From Octopus vulgaris (Eukaryota), in contig OX597818.1 in NCBI GenBank assembly GCA_951406725.2, positions 89,652,001 to 89,716,000 of the forward strand: DNA of 64,000 nt, in the 5' to 3' direction. A program made the position numbers and the translations under genes. Positions 49,446 to 64,000 of this stretch are shown piece by piece; within the stretch, counting starts at the first letter, position 1, and every line of letters starts with the position of its first letter. The notes below the pieces were generated by a model. That model worked only from the letters and a program-made list of their open reading frames with translations, had not been told where the DNA came from and ran no database searches.

Positions 49446-49839
49446 ATTATTATTAGTAATGATCAGATGAGCTGGCAGAATCGTTAGCATGCCGGGCGAA
49501 ATGCTTAGCGGTATTTCGTCTGAGTTAAGGCGGCGAGCTGGCAGAAACGTTAGCACGCCGGGCGAAATTCTTAGCGGTATTTCGTCCGCCGCTACGTTCT
49601 GAGTTCAAATTCTGCCGATGTCGACTTTACCTTTCATCCTTTTGAGGTCGATAAATTAAGTACCAGTTGAGTACCGGGGTCGATGTAACCGATTTAACCC
49701 CTCTCCCAAAATTTCAGGCCTTGTGCCTATAACAGAATGGATTTGGCAGAATCGTTAGCACGCTGGACGAAATACTTATCGGTATTTATTCAATTTTATT
49801 CAACAAAAGCAATAACAATATTTAACAAAAACATCTTTA

Positions 49840-49993
49840 AATGATTATTCCGACCGTCTGCCAAGCAAATGGGAAGCAGTAATTGAAGTGAATGGTGAAT
49901 ATGCTCTGGAATAATCATTTAGAGATGTTATTATTGTCTTTGTTGAATCAAATTTGAAAAAAAAAGCCGCAATAATTATGCACCAACCCAATA
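49840..49993 (+). mobile_element. Tc1/mariner 3' remnant
   Basis: RLPSKWEAVIEVNGEY matches the mariner transposase C-terminus; TIR TTATGCACCAACCCAATA followed by TA. Confidence 0.7.
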
Positions 49994-50804
49994 TTATTAT
50001 TATTATTATTATTACTAAGCATCGTCATCATCATCATCATCATTATTATTATTATTATTATCATTATTATCATCATTATTATTACTATCATTATAATCAT
50101 TATTATCATTATTATTATTATTATTATTATTATGTTTATTATTATTTTTATAATTACTATTTAAAATCTGGTGCTTATTCTGTTGGTGTCTTTTGCCGAA
50201 CCACTAAGTTACCGGAGCATAAACAAACCAACAAAGAAATGGGTTCTCCACACACACACACACACACACACACGATGGGTTTCTATACACTATCCGTCTA
50301 TCAGATTCACTTACAAGGCATTGGTCGGCCTGTGGTTATATAACACAAGATACTTTGCACGGTGTACTGTGTTGTGATACTGAATTTGAAACCACGCCAT
50401 TTGTTGTTGTAAAACGAGCATTTTTAATCACACTTCATTATATCTACATCCAGCAAGGTGGACCGAGTCTGCATGAGTTAATCAAAATATCTCGTTCATG
50501 AATGAATTCAGTATAGTTTTCTAGCGACGAACAGGACACGGAAGCTGGCTATCTTCTGCCTTATATCTGTTACTCTATCTACTTGGTCAGTTTATTCCTC
50601 TGCCGTCTACAGCAATATTTCTCTGCATACCACACATGTTGCTGCGCAGTAACATCGTAGCAGACAACATGCATATCACACATGCATATATCACAGTGCA
50701 TTCTGTGAAAATATCTAACAAGTGAGACAGTGGGGGGTGAGGGGTGCTGTATGAGTAGTAGTAATACATCTCTTTCTGCATCACTTCTCTCCCCTCTCTC
50801 CGCT

Positions 50805-50824
50805 CTCTATCTATCTATCTACTC

Positions 50825-50877
<53 letters not shown>

Positions 50878-51325
50878 CCTACCTACCTACCTACCTACCT
50901 ATCTATCTATGCATACATACCGATCTACCTACCTACCTACCTACCTACCTATTTACCTACCTGCCCTTGTCTCTATCCACCTATCTACTCACCTACCAAC
51001 CCTCCTGCGCGTACCTATTTATCTACAACTGCACCAATCTACCACACCACCTACCTACCTACCTACCTACCTACCTACCTACCTACCTACCTACCTACCT
51101 ACCTACCTACCCACCTACCTATCTATCTATCTATTTGTTTATCAGCCTACCTAGCTGTCTACCTCTCTATCTTACCTCTCTACCCACTTATGCCTACCAC
51201 CCTTTTCATTCTACTCATAACAGTCCATCTATTCCTACCCACCTAACTACCTATCTATCTACCTGCCTATCTTTCTACCTACCTACCTACCTACCTACCT
51301 ACCTACCTACCTACCTACCTACCCA
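50805..51325. repeat. (CTAT)n/(CTAC)n microsatellite
   Basis: Read directly. Confidence 0.9.
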
Positions 51326-51594
51326 GCAAACAATCCATTTAGCCGTCAAGGCCTGCATGCATTGCTCTGTCTACCTGTCCATCAGTCTACCTGTCTGTCT
51401 GTGTGTATCTAGGTATGGTGCAGTAACAAAAGTATCGATCGCAGTCGATGAAAGATCAATCACCCGCTTTAGTATCTGGTGTCCCTAACGTGGCAAACAC
51501 TCGTCAGAAAGCGATTAACTGATCGAATGCCGACCGATCTATCTAATTACTAATGCACGCACATCTGTTTCACGTACAGCACCGCTACAATAAG

Positions 51595-52340
51595 CACCAC
51601 CACCAACAGCACCATCACCACCACCACCACCACCACCACGGCCGCCACCATCACCGCCGCCGACGCGACCAGCTACAGCCAACAGCACCACCACCACCGT
51701 CACCAACGCCGCCGCCGCTAACTCATCCGTCGTAATCATCATCCCCGTCATCACAATCTACATTTACTGCAGTCGCCACTACCGCCAACGCCGCCACCAC
51801 CACCACCGCCACCCTCGCCACGAGCGCCACCACCACCACCACCACCACCGCCGCCACGAGCGCTACCACCACCGCCGCCTCCGCCGCCGCCATCATCATC
51901 ATCATTAGCTTCCACTGTCCTAGAGCTGCTACCTGACGCTTACACAGCAGAACCACCTGTCGCCAGCACCGCCACAATGCAAACCACAACAGTTACCACA
52001 ACTAACACCAGATGCCGCCAGCATCGCTGCTGCAATCACAACACCAAACACTACGACAACGACGACCACCACCACCACGACGACCACGACAGCTGTTGCT
52101 GCTGCTGCTGCTACTTTCACCACCACCACCACCAACAACAACAACACCCCACCACCATCATCACTCATTTGTAGTGCAGCAAATGCCACTACAATACACC
52201 ACTACGACCACGACCACCGCCATCACCGCAACCACCACCACCATCACCATAATGATCTTCGCCGCCGCCGTCGTCATCACCACGATAATCATTGCCGCCG
52301 CCGCCGCCACATTGCAATTACTGCAGCTATGCATCCACTA
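51595..52340. repeat. Degenerate (CAC/CGC/CAT)n trinucleotide low-complexity tract
   Basis: Read directly. Confidence 0.85.
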
Positions 52341-52538
52341 CCACCAGTTGGTATTGGCGGTTCATTGATCGATGGTGACTGGTGGTTAGAGGGAGTAGAA
52401 GTGAGAGGTGAGTCAGTGTGTTCGAATGAGAAGCATGCTAGAACTCACACACTAACATTCACAAAGGCGCACATACGAGCACGCACTCACACTCGCACAC
52501 ACATAGGCATGTCATGTTATATCAATCGTACAGAAGTC

Positions 52539-52583
<45 letters not shown>

Positions 52584-52709
52584 TGCGTTATACAGAAGCG
52601 TTTAAATATAGGTATATTGATAGATAGACACTAGACAAACAGATGATAGATACCTATATGCATATATACACACAAACATACATCTCACATGCAGGTAGAT
52701 ACTTTGATA

Positions 52710-53500
<791 letters not shown>

Positions 53501-53769
53501 AGAACAAGGAAAAAGATAGATGACGCGTTGTTTGAACCTTGCTAGTTATCCTACAATAGCTACGTTGGTATCTAACAATTTATCACGTTAGCTAGCTAGT
53601 TAGCATGTCATCTATCTATCTAGCTTGCCCAGTGACTTGCTACGTAGCTAGCAAGCAAGCAAGCTATCCGGGATAAATTGCTAGCTGGATGAAATGAAAA
53701 ACAAAACAAAAAAATGATTAAATATATGTGTATGCGTGTGTTTGTATTAAGATGAGGAAGAGAACAGAG

Positions 53770-53800
<31 letters not shown>

Positions 53801-54026
53801 CAGAGGAAGCTGGAAAGTGTTTTGCAGGTTGGCTCTGCAAGAAATCTGTTGCTGCTAGCTGCTACAACAGTGGTTACTGCTGCTGCTGATGATGTTGCTG
53901 TATGATGTTGTTGATGGTGGAGATGGTGGTGATGTTGTGAGGGGTTTTATTAACGGTGCGTGCCTGTGGTGGTGCTGGTGGTAGAGTTTTGATGCTGGTG
54001 TAATGATGTTGGTATTGTGACGATGA

Positions 54027-55075
54027 AAGGCGGCGAGCTGGCAGAAACTTTAGCACGCCGGGCGAAATGCTTTGTGGTATTTCGTCCGCCGCTGCGTTCT
54101 GAGTTCAAATTCCGCCGAGGTCGACTTTGCCTTTCATCCTTTCGGGGTCGATAAATTAAGTACCAGTTACGCACCAGTGCGTAATCGACTTAATCCGTTT
54201 GTCTGTCCTTGTTTGTTCTCTCTGTGTTTAGCCCCTTGTGGGTAGTAAAAAAATAGGTATTTCGTCCGCCGCTACGTTCTGAGTTCAAATTCCGCCGAGG
54301 TCGACTTTGCCTTTCATCCTTTCGGGGTAGATAAATTAAGTACCAGTTACGCACTGTGGTCGATGTAATCGACTTGATACGTTTGTCTGTCCTTGTTTGT
54401 CCCCTCTATGTTTAGCCCCTTGTGGGTAGTAAATAAATAGGTATTGTGACGATGAAAGGCGGCGAGCTGGCAGAAACGTTAGCACGCCGGGCGAAATGCT
54501 ATGCGGTATTTCGTCCGCCGCTGCGTTCTGAGTTCAAATTCCGCCGAGGTCGACTTAATCCGTTTGTCTGTCCTTGTTTGTCCCCTCTGTGTTTAGCCCC
54601 TTGTGGGTAGTAAAAAAATAGGTATTATGACGATGATGGTGACGATGATGATGATGCTTGCTGATGTTGTTGTTTAGCCCCTGGTCACATACCCTCGGTC
54701 GAAGCAGAATTCTATGATCAAAGTTACTGAACACAAAACTAATTCAAATTCCGTTCTGAGTTCTGAGTTCAAATTCCGCCGAGGTCGACTTTGCTTTTCA
54801 TCCTTTCGGGGTCGATAAATTAAGTACCAGTTACGTACTGGGGTCGATGTAATCGACTTAATCCGCTTGTCTATCCTTGTTTGTCCTCTCTTGTGGGCAG
54901 TAAAGAAATAGGTATTTCGTCTGCCGTTACGTTCTGAGTTCAAATTCCGCCGAGGTCGACTTTGCCTTTCATCCTATCGGGGTAGATAAATTTAGTACCA
55001 GTTGCGTACTGGAGTAGATCTAATCAACTGGTCCCCTTCCCCAAAATTTCAGGCCTTTGTAGTAGAAAGGATTAT
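54027..55075 (+). mobile_element. Tandem array of SINE family B units
   Basis: At least five full or partial units; GGTATTGTGACGATGA repeated at 54011, 54440 and (one mismatch) 54621. Confidence 0.85.
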
Positions 55076-55490
55076 TTAGTCACAGGTCATCATTGATCGA
55101 AGTGAGTTTTGATAAAAAGTGGTCAAGACATAACAGTCCAGTTCCCCACTCCACCTGTCTTTATTCAAAGCATTATTCTATTTTAAGTCGGTAGAGTACG
55201 ATTTGAGGGAGACCCGACTTTTATTTCTTGCGGATCGATTGAGCACGTAGGGGCATCCTTTATAAGAGTGTGTAAATGTTTATGAGTGATTACAAAACTA
55301 ATCTTTTCCTTGTTTCGGTCGTTGCACTGCGGCCATACTGGGTCACTGCATGAAAGGTTTCAGTCGAACGAATCGAATTCATTTCTTCAAAGTTTGGTAC
55401 TTATTCTATCAATTCTTTAGTATCGATCTGCTAAGTTACGGTGACGTAAACAAACCAAGGCCGGTTTCCAAGCATTGGTAGCAGACAATC

Positions 55491-55538
<48 letters not shown>

Positions 55539-55577
55539 TTATATATATTAATATTTAGCAGAAGTAACAGAGTGATT

Positions 55578-55888
55578 GTTGTTGTTGTTTGTTCCTTCTC
55601 GAGCCATACCTGGCTCATAAGGGCCGGTTTCCCGGTTTCTTGGCGTATAGGTTCCCCACCTGGACGGGACGCCGGTCCGTCGCAGGTGAGCTGCAAGATG
55701 CAGGAGGAAAGAGTGAGAGAAAGTTGTGACGAAAGAGTCAGCAGAAGTTTCGCCATTACTTTCTGCCGGAGCCGCGTGGAGCTTAGGTGTTTCGGTCATA
55801 AACACACACATCACCCGGTCTGAGATTCGAACCCGCGATCCCTCGACCGCGAGTCCGCTGCTCTAACCACTAGGCCATGTGCCTCCAC
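55578..55888 (-). mobile_element. tRNA-derived SINE (family C-related) with (AAC)n tail, 13-bp TSD
   Basis: A-box TGGCCTAGTGG, B-box GGTTCGAATC; TSD TAACAGAGTGATT at 55565 and 55889. Confidence 0.9.
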
Positions 55889-56829
55889 TAACAGAGTGAT
55901 TCAAAGTCCGAAAGCTTCGTGCGCGAAACTCTCTTGAGTCACTCTGTTACTTCTGCTAAATATTAATAAAAAATATACATATACTCATATTTGAGTTCTA
56001 GTTTTTCTGTTTGCACCAACATACATACAAACATATATACAACATGCTTCTCTCAGTTTCCGATAACCAAATGATTATCAAATCCACTCACGAGGCTTTG
56101 GTTGGTCCGGGTCTAAAGCAGAAGACACTTGCCCAAGGTGCTACGCAATGGGAGTGAGCCCGGTACTATATGGTTATATGGTTAGGAAGGAAACTTCTTA
56201 CCAAAGAGCTACGCCTGAAAATATCCAAATGACTAATTGTGACTGTCTATGTGACCAAAAGTGGAGGTGTGTGGCTTAGTGGTTAGGGTGCCAGCATCAT
56301 GATCGTAAGATTGTGGTTTCGATTCCTGGACCGGGCGACGCGTAGTGTTCTTGAGCAAAACACTTCATTTCACGTTGCTCCAGTTCACTCAGCTGGCAAA
56401 AATGAGTAACGCTGCGATGGACTTGGCGTCTCGTCCAGCTGGGGAACACATACGACCTTGAAAACGGGAAACCGGGACCATGAGCCTGGCTAGGCTTTAA
56501 AAGGGCGCATTTGGAGGCGCAATGGGCCAGTGATTAGGACACGCGGTCGGAAGATCGTGGTTTCGCTTCCCAGACCGGGCGTTGTGTGTGTTTATTGAGC
56601 GAAAATACCTAAAAGCTCCACGAGGCTCCGGCAGGGGGTGGTGGCGACCCCTGTTGTACTCTTTCTCCACAACTTTCTCTCACTCTCTCTTCCTGTTTCT
56701 TGAGTGACGCTGCGATGGACTGGCGTCCCGTCCAGCTGGGGGGGAACGCATATGCCGTAGAAACCGGGAAACCGTGCCCATATGCCTGGTTAGGCTTGAA
56801 AAGGGCGACGTTTATCGTTATGTGACCAA

Positions 56830-56940
56830 AAAGGGATGCCGAAAAGTTCCTGTCTTTAAGGGTGTCGCGAAAGGCCTGGCTGGTGGTCCTCCTGTATTTT
56901 CTATTACCCAACGCCAAGAACTTTTCAGTCCACCCTCGTA
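56830..56940. mobile_element. Short mariner-like MITE
   Basis: Right end AAGAACTTTTCAGTCCACCCTCGTA (TACGAGGG-type TIR); decayed left end GAAAAGTTCC. Confidence 0.5.
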
Positions 56941-57487
56941 TGCTTATGTCTGTGTGCATGCGTGCTCAGAGAATGAATAAGTGCAAGTGATACAAGCTTA
57001 GCGTGAAATAATCGATGATTGGCTAAGCTCATGAAGAAGAGAGAGTAGTGTGGGGGAGAAATAAGTTAAATGTTGACCTGTGAAAGTTAGACAAAGGACG
57101 ACGTATGGTGTGGTGGTAGGATAGGAGGTGGCGATTAGGCGATTCTTGAATTTACACACACACAGGGAGGCACGTAGATGCAAAACAAGGCCGATGAATA
57201 GTACTCGAATACCAAAGGTGGAGCATCATTCTTTTTATTAAAGCCGAAAATATCTTCACAAACTGTTCTTCGGACAGTTGTGATCATACTAAAAAAGTAT
57301 ATATATATATTCTTTTAACTGTTTCAGTCATTTTGACTGCGGCCATGCTAGAGCACCGCCTTTAGTCGAGCAAATCGACCCCAGGACTTATTCTTTGTAA
57401 GCCTAGTACTTATTCTATCGGTCTCTTTTGCTGAACCGCTAAGTTACGGGGACGTAAACACACCGGCATCGGTTGTTAAGCGATGTT

Positions 57488-57579
<92 letters not shown>

Positions 57580-57807
57580 GACAGGCTTCTTTCCGTCTAC
57601 TAAATCCACTCACAAAGCTTTGGTCGGCTGGGGGTTATGGTAGAAGACACTTTACCAAGGTGCCACGCAGTGGGACTGAACCCGGAACCATGTGGTTGGT
57701 AAGTAATCTACTTACTATACAGCCACTCCTGCGCCAATATATACACATATATATATATGTGGATATGTGCATAATGCATACGAACACATAAATCGCCTCT
57801 ACATGTC

Positions 57808-57925
<118 letters not shown>

Positions 57926-58330
57926 CGCGTGCGTGTGTCTAAGAAAAAGTTCTCTTGAATTCAACCAGAACAAAAATGAAACTATAAACGTCTGGAAAGG
58001 CCGAATATGTAATTTAGGGCCATTTTTATTACAGCTAGTTTGCTGCAATAAACTAGTAAGGAAATGCAGAAGATTTAAAATAAAAAGATAAATCTTGAAC
58101 GCATTTGTGGACCTAACAGAACACACATACATACACACAATATGTAAATACGATCCAGGAATCCGAGTGTAGGAAGTTTGTAAGCTACAAGCAGTAGGCA
58201 GCTAGCAGTGAGAACAAAAGTGGACATTACACGAAAGGATATATAACAATTTATTCGCATTACAATTCACTGTCAGTAACAAATGCCTTAAAAATGTGAA
58301 TAAAATTCCAAATTCAAATAGATAAAATTT

Positions 58331-58704
58331 GGATCTTTACTTTTTGACCTACAGATTTAAAAAATACTGCTGTTGTTTGTCAACAAGAACTTCCGGCGGT
58401 GTATATTTCGTTTGTCACTGTTATTTATGATAACCCTAACCCTAAAACCCTAACCCTAAAACGTTAACCCTAACCCTAACAAACAACGGCAGTAATTTTA
58501 TTCAGCTGAATACACGTCATTGATTGGTTGAAATTACCTAAATACGAGAACTTTAAGGTGAAATATCTTCGTAAATATAAGTTTTTCTCAAAAATGCTGA
58601 GTAAAACATGTTTTATATGACCCATTCTACCAGTGTCCGAAGTTTGAAAGTGTTTAGTTACAAAAAATTATTTTTTAAATCTGTAGGTCAAAAGGTAAAG
58701 ATCC
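58331..58704. mobile_element. GG-terminated TIR element with CCCTAA repeats, 8-bp TSD
   Basis: 36-bp TIR GGATCTTTAC(T/C)TTTTGACCTACAGATTTAAAAAATA with one mismatch; TSD TAAAATTT at 58323 and 58705. Confidence 0.92.
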
Positions 58705-58782
58705 TAAAATTTTAGTTAAAAAACATATATTAAGAAACCCATGTAGCTTACATTTTACCTCTTCCACTCCTTTAAATTTTGG

Positions 58783-58966
<184 letters not shown>

Positions 58967-61752
58967 CAATTTCATATAGTCAGTTACACAGATCACAAGT
59001 TTGTGACTTGTACACTTGACTTAGATAAGACACATAGGCAGGGTCCTGGTTACTGGAAACTGAACGCGTCTTTTACAGCACGACAGGTTTACAGGGACCG
59101 GATCTGCACATTAGTTAAGAGAGCTTTGACGGGTACCATCATCAACAACAGATGGTGGTATGCCCTAAAAAAAGCGATTAAAGCAGAATCAGTCAGATAC
59201 AGTAGAGCCCTAGCATTAGACCGAAATAGATTAGAGGGAGATTTAGTTAAGGTTTTAGAAGAGGCACTTAGAACTGGCATCGCGTCCAACGTACTGGCGG
59301 CGAGATTGGCCCTCGACCAACACCTCAACGCCAAACACGAAGGATGCGTTGTCAGAGCTAGGATGCGTGCTCTGAGGAACGAAGGAGTTGGAGCCGCCCA
59401 AGAGGCCCGAGTGGTGGAGACGCAACGAGGCAACAGAGCCACCATCAAGTCTCTTATAGATGAACAGGGGCGCGAATTGCTCGAGCCTAAAAGGATGTGT
59501 GGGGTTTTTCAACAACACTTCACCCAACTGTTTGGGACAAGTGGTGAGTCAGAAAGCAGAGTGGACTTTAGTGCCTACCTGCATGCCTTGCCACGACTCT
59601 CAGCAAGGGAGGTGGAGTCTTGTGAAAAGCCTATCACAGCTGCGGACGTACAGGATGCGATGGTAGGCTGCGCGAGAGACAAGTCACCAGGCTTGGATGG
59701 TCTGCCCTACGAATTTTATTTTCATATGCCAGACTTGTTTGGAGGCGTCTTGGCAGCTGTCTACTGCAACTGGCAGCAGAACGGGAGTATTCCTGCTTTT
59801 GTAAAGCGAGGAGCAGTGGCACTGATCAAGAAAGACCCAAACAAGGGGGACGCCATAGATAATTTCAGGCCCATCACTCTGCTCAACGCAGATTTGAAAA
59901 TTTTGGCCAAGGTGTTAGCCGAGAGGTTGGCGCTTGTCATCAAGAAACTAATCGACAAGGCGCAAACATGTGCCGTGCCGGGTAGAAGTATTCATGACAA
60001 CCTCCATCTGATGCGCTACATCATAGACAGGGTAGTTAAAAATCCTGGCATGGGTGGGGCGCTGATCAATTTGGATCAATCAAAAGCCTTCGATAGGGTA
60101 GACCATCACTACTTGGAGGCTGTCCTCAAAGCGGCTGGTTTCGGTCCAGTTTTCCGCGGTTGGATCGCTGCCTTATACAGCGGCATCCGCTCAGTAGTTC
60201 GCGTAAATGGTCACCTATCCAGACCTTTTAACATCATGCGTTCGGTTCGTCAGGGATGCCCCCTCTCATCGCTGCTGTATGTACTGACTCTTGAGCCACT
60301 ACTGCGGAAACTGGCGACGCTGAGGGGCATCCCACGAGAGCTGGGATGCGGGAGGAGCGTGTCTGCATACGCGGACGACGTCACCGTCATAGTGTCGAGC
60401 TACGAGCACATCGAGCTGGTCGGCGAGACACTGAAAGAATACGAAGCGGTAACGGGAGCAAAAATTAACCGGGAAAAGTCAGTGGGCTTGCGGCTCGGCA
60501 CCTGGAGAAGCAAGCCCATGCCGTCCAACAGCGTCTCCATCGTGGGACGCTGGACGGACGGACCGGTTAAATTGCTCGGGATCTGGTTCGGTCCGGACCT
60601 CCAAATGGAGAAGAACTGGGGCGAGATAACGACTAGGGTGGCTACTCTCACCCAGAAATGGACTGAGAGAAAGCTATCCCTAAAAGGTCGGGCGGAGGTG
60701 GCGAACGCGTACATCGCATCCGTCATCGAGTATCGTCTGACCGTCGTGCCTTGCCCCGACCCTACCATCACCAAACTGGAACGCATACTCTTCCGCTTCT
60801 TGTGGAAGGGAAACGTTCCGATGGTTAGGCGATCCATTTGCTGCCAACACCCGCTAAATGGAGGGCTGGGCATGCCGTGGTTGATGATGCGCAGACATGC
60901 GCTGAGACTGCGACATCTCCGGCGCTTCATAGACAACGGTGAACAGGGGTGGTCGCCTTTTGTGCGGCGCGCTTTCCCGCAGCTCGTCTCCTTGGACGAA
61001 CTACAGTCATGGATCAAGCAGAGACCGAGGCTAGGCGAATGGCACCGCGAGTGTCGCGTTGCTCTCAAGCAACTCTGCCGTCCGGGATCGAACTTGTGCG
61101 ACTCCATCACAACAAAGGCATTCTATAGAGGATTAGTGGAGGGGAGGTGCGACGACGAACTCGGGCAGAGTCTGGGCGTCGACGAGGAATACCTGACCCG
61201 CCTGTTCAGGACAACTTTCGGGCCGGGACCTATGAACAATCACCAAAGATCCCTGGCCTGGCAGTGCTATCGAGAAACATTACCTGTTCGGGATAAGCTC
61301 TACAGACATGGTTCCAGACACACTGGACCGACTTGCCCGAGATGCGGTCAGAGCGACGAAACCGTTCTGCACGCACTCGTGCAATGTCCAACCATTTCCG
61401 ACCTGTGGGCTTATGCCGAACGGCTGCTGTCACGTGTGGGACGAATCCGCCTATCGGCCGAGTCTATCGTGAGAATTGCTCCGCCCCCTTCCCTCAACCG
61501 GGAAGGCAAGGCAGTTTTCATCGTACTGGTGGCCATGGTGAAAGAATGTGTGTGGTGGACTCGAGCGAAAGGATTAGAGACAAACACTTACCTCTCTGGC
61601 CAATCGCTCATCAACTTTTTCAAGTACCACTTGAAAAGGAAGGTGAGAATGGAGAGGAAGTTTTGTCTCGCGAAAGATTCAAAAAAAGATGGGTGAATGT
61701 TGCAAAGATGGTGCGTGCTAGTAACGAAACCATTTTGAGCATGATCCTGTAG
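58967..61752 (+). pseudogene. Truncated ORF2 (RT + zinc finger), lacking most of the APE domain and a start codon; one 1-bp frameshift near 61660
   Basis: SPGLDG, FRPITLLN, DQSKAFD, YADD and CPRC...HALVQC present; the C-terminus VLSRERFKKRWVNVAKMV lies in the adjacent frame ending at 61752. Confidence 0.9.
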
Positions 61753-62053
61753 ATCGTAAAAAAGAAAGAAAGAGAGCATTTTCGATCTCATGTGGTTATT
61801 TCCTCCCTGACTGGGGTTCCCGTGGTCTTTTCTGTAGGCTGTTCTTCCCACGGATGAACCCAATCTTGTTATATCAATGTTTACATCATTATTTCTGTGA
61901 TACACGATTTCCTTTTTTTTCCTCCTCTCGATCCCTTTTGATCGCAATCTTACATTTTTTATTTTTTTCCACCCTCGAAAATGAAAAGCTCTGCATTTGT
62001 ATTTGTCCCCTCTGTATTCAGCCCTGTGTGGCTAATAAAAGAAAGAAAGAAAG
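58967..62053 (+). mobile_element. 5'-truncated Tx1-clade LINE (second subfamily) inserted in (TATC)n
   Basis: Starts in frame at QFHIVSYTDHKF (end of the APE domain); 3'UTR ends GCCCTGTGTGGCTAATAAAAGAAAGAAAGAAAG, then (TATC)n. Confidence 0.93.
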
Positions 62054-62094
<41 letters not shown>

Positions 62095-62119
62095 CATCCA
62101 TCTATCTATCCATCCATCC

Positions 62120-62458
62120 GGTGAGGGTTCCAGTTGATCCGATCAAGGGAACAGCCTGCTCTTGAATTTAACGTGCAAGTGGCTGAGTATTCCACAGACA
62201 CGTGTAATCTTAATGTAGTTCTCGGAGAGATTCAGCGCGACACCACAGTGTGTGACAAGTACTACAGAAACAGGAAGAAAGAGTGAGAGAAAGTTGTGGT
62301 GGAAGAATACAGCAGGGTTCGCCACCACCCCTGCCGGAGCCTCGTGGAGCTTTAGGTGTTTTCGCTCAATAAACACTCACAACGCCCGGTTGGGAATCGA
62401 AACCGCGATCCTACGGCCACGAGTCCGCTGCCCTAACCACTGGGCCATTGCGCCTCCA
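62120..62458 (-). mobile_element. SINE family C
   Basis: Head TGGAGGCGCAATGGCCCAGTGGTTAGG on the minus strand. Confidence 0.8.
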
Positions 62459-63351
62459 CATATATGTATGGTGATATGAAAGGAAATAGAGATTTGGTTT
62501 TCTGTGTATACATACATACATACAGACAGACATACATGGTGGCTGCCCCTCGTTGTCGAGTATGGCCATTGCACGAAGCTTAATCAATGTTGTTATCGTG
62601 CAATGCCTGTGCAAGAAGATTTTTTTTTAAAGTGAAGAAAGGCTGTGCACTAAGTCAATCCCACTCACTAAGCAACAGCAGCCATAATCCGAAAAGAAGA
62701 ACAAGTCAACATCATCGGTAACCACTGAGCCGCAGTTTTATGTCGGAGTTATCATAGTTACCTGAGTTACCTTCTCCTAGAAGGATGCCCTAACAAAGTC
62801 TAGTAGTCCTTCACTCCCAATGGTTTAACCGCGCGATCGGGTATTCAGTCCGATTATTTCTATGTCTCTGCGCATGATACAGCCTTAAGACATTTATTAG
62901 ATGGCCGTTGACTCTCAAGGGTTCCTCTGCCCTTTGACGGGTTTTGTTTTTCATCATGCAGGGTGTCCAATAAAAACACCCTCCTCACCAAGCAAGCTTG
63001 GTGGGGTTGCCGGTTTAGTCGCCGACGACCCGACCATGCAACAGATTGTACTGGGTTACATGTTACCAGTAGCACTACATACATACATATATATGTATAA
63101 ACTTTATTATTTCTAAATCTCTCAACGAGAGAGGTACAGTAACAGTACTTTAAAGTAATGATTATTTGTCAGCATAATGTGGCAGTCCCGGTTGGGATGA
63201 ATATTATTGTTGTTTTAGCCCCAGGATACATCGTCTTCAGCTGGCTATTCCACACACATCTGTGTCTTTATATTTTAGAACAGGGGAGCTTAGCATTCCC
63301 ACTCAGTACAAAGTAATACCTATCCATTCATCCATCCATCTATCTATCTGA

Positions 63352-63916
63352 CGGGAAGGAAGAGCTATTTTCATCACACTTGAGGCTATGGCGAAAGAAT
63401 GTATCTGGCGGACGCGTCTGAAAGGATTAGAGACAAACACTTTCCTCTCTGGTCAATCTCTCATCAACTTCTTCAAGTATCACTTGAAAAGGAAAGTGAG
63501 AGTAGAGAGGCAAGTTTTGTCTAGCGAATGTTTAAAAAAAAGATGGGTGAATGTAGCAAGGATGGCACGTATGAATGAAGCCACCTTGAGCATGATCCCA
63601 TGAATCCGGAAAAATTTAAAACAGAGAGTTAATTACTTGCAAATAAATGTGTTAACATGTGACATTACTGACCGAGGTTACCGTGGTCTTTTCCGTAGGC
63701 TTTTCTTTCCACAGACAAACCTTATCTGTTTCCCCCTTTATACTTTACGTCATGACATTTCTGTGATACATGATCCCTATTGATCGTTTTTTTTCTTTCC
63801 TTTTTACGATCCCTTTTGATCGAAAACCTACTCCACTTTTTTTTCTCCCCAAAAAGAAAAGCTCTACTTTGTAATTTGTCCCGTCAGTGTTCAGACCTGT
63901 GTGGCTAATAAAGAAA
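63352..63916 (+). mobile_element. Short 3' fragment of the 58967-type Tx1 LINE
   Basis: MAKECIWRTRLKGLETNTFLSGQSLINFFKYHLKRKVR...; 3' end TGTGTGGCTAATAAAGAAA; flanked by CCAT/CTAT and TATC/TGTC repeats. Confidence 0.9.
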
Positions 63917-64000
63917 CATATCTATCTGTCTGTCTGTCTGTCTGTCTGTAATATAAAAAAAAAAGAAGACACAGATTTATTTATACATTTTCTTCAACCG

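Noticed and set aside
51539-52368. His/Thr/Ala/Val-rich ORFs as a transcription-factor exon
   Set aside because: All frames are low-complexity and interrupted by stops; no domain or convincing splice sites
55820-55888. tRNA genes (also at 31205, 31556, 27195, 56265)
   Set aside because: A/B boxes are present but there is no complete cloverleaf; they continue into SINE bodies, several with TSDs

Overview
AT-rich, repeat-dominated animal genomic DNA. The SINE, microsatellite and Penelope content looks like an octopus (coleoid cephalopod); this is an inference, not a database result. There is one clear host gene: an intronless ALKBH1-type Fe(II)/2-oxoglutarate dioxygenase at 18510-19658 (+), flanked by small TIR elements that carry telomere-like TTAGGG repeats. 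The main mobile element is a near-intact Tx1/L1-clade LINE at 3722-8964, with a zinc-knuckle ORF1 and a 1131-aa APE-RT-zinc-finger ORF2. It is bracketed by a 276-bp direct repeat with one mismatch and abuts a decayed ORF1 of a related LINE. A second Tx1 copy, 5'-truncated, lies at 58967-62053 inside (TATC)n, and several older relics are scattered through the window. An abundant tRNA-derived SINE ends in the same ~45-nt stem-loop tail as these LINEs, which suggests a Tx1-SINE partnership. Also present: Penelope-type hammerhead ribozyme motifs in fold-back structures, non-autonomous Helitrons, hAT and mariner MITEs, CR1 and RTE fragments, a ~98-bp minisatellite and many microsatellites. Most short ORFs in the supplied track are microsatellite or antisense artefacts. 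Coordinates were counted by eye, and ends of decayed repeats are approximate.
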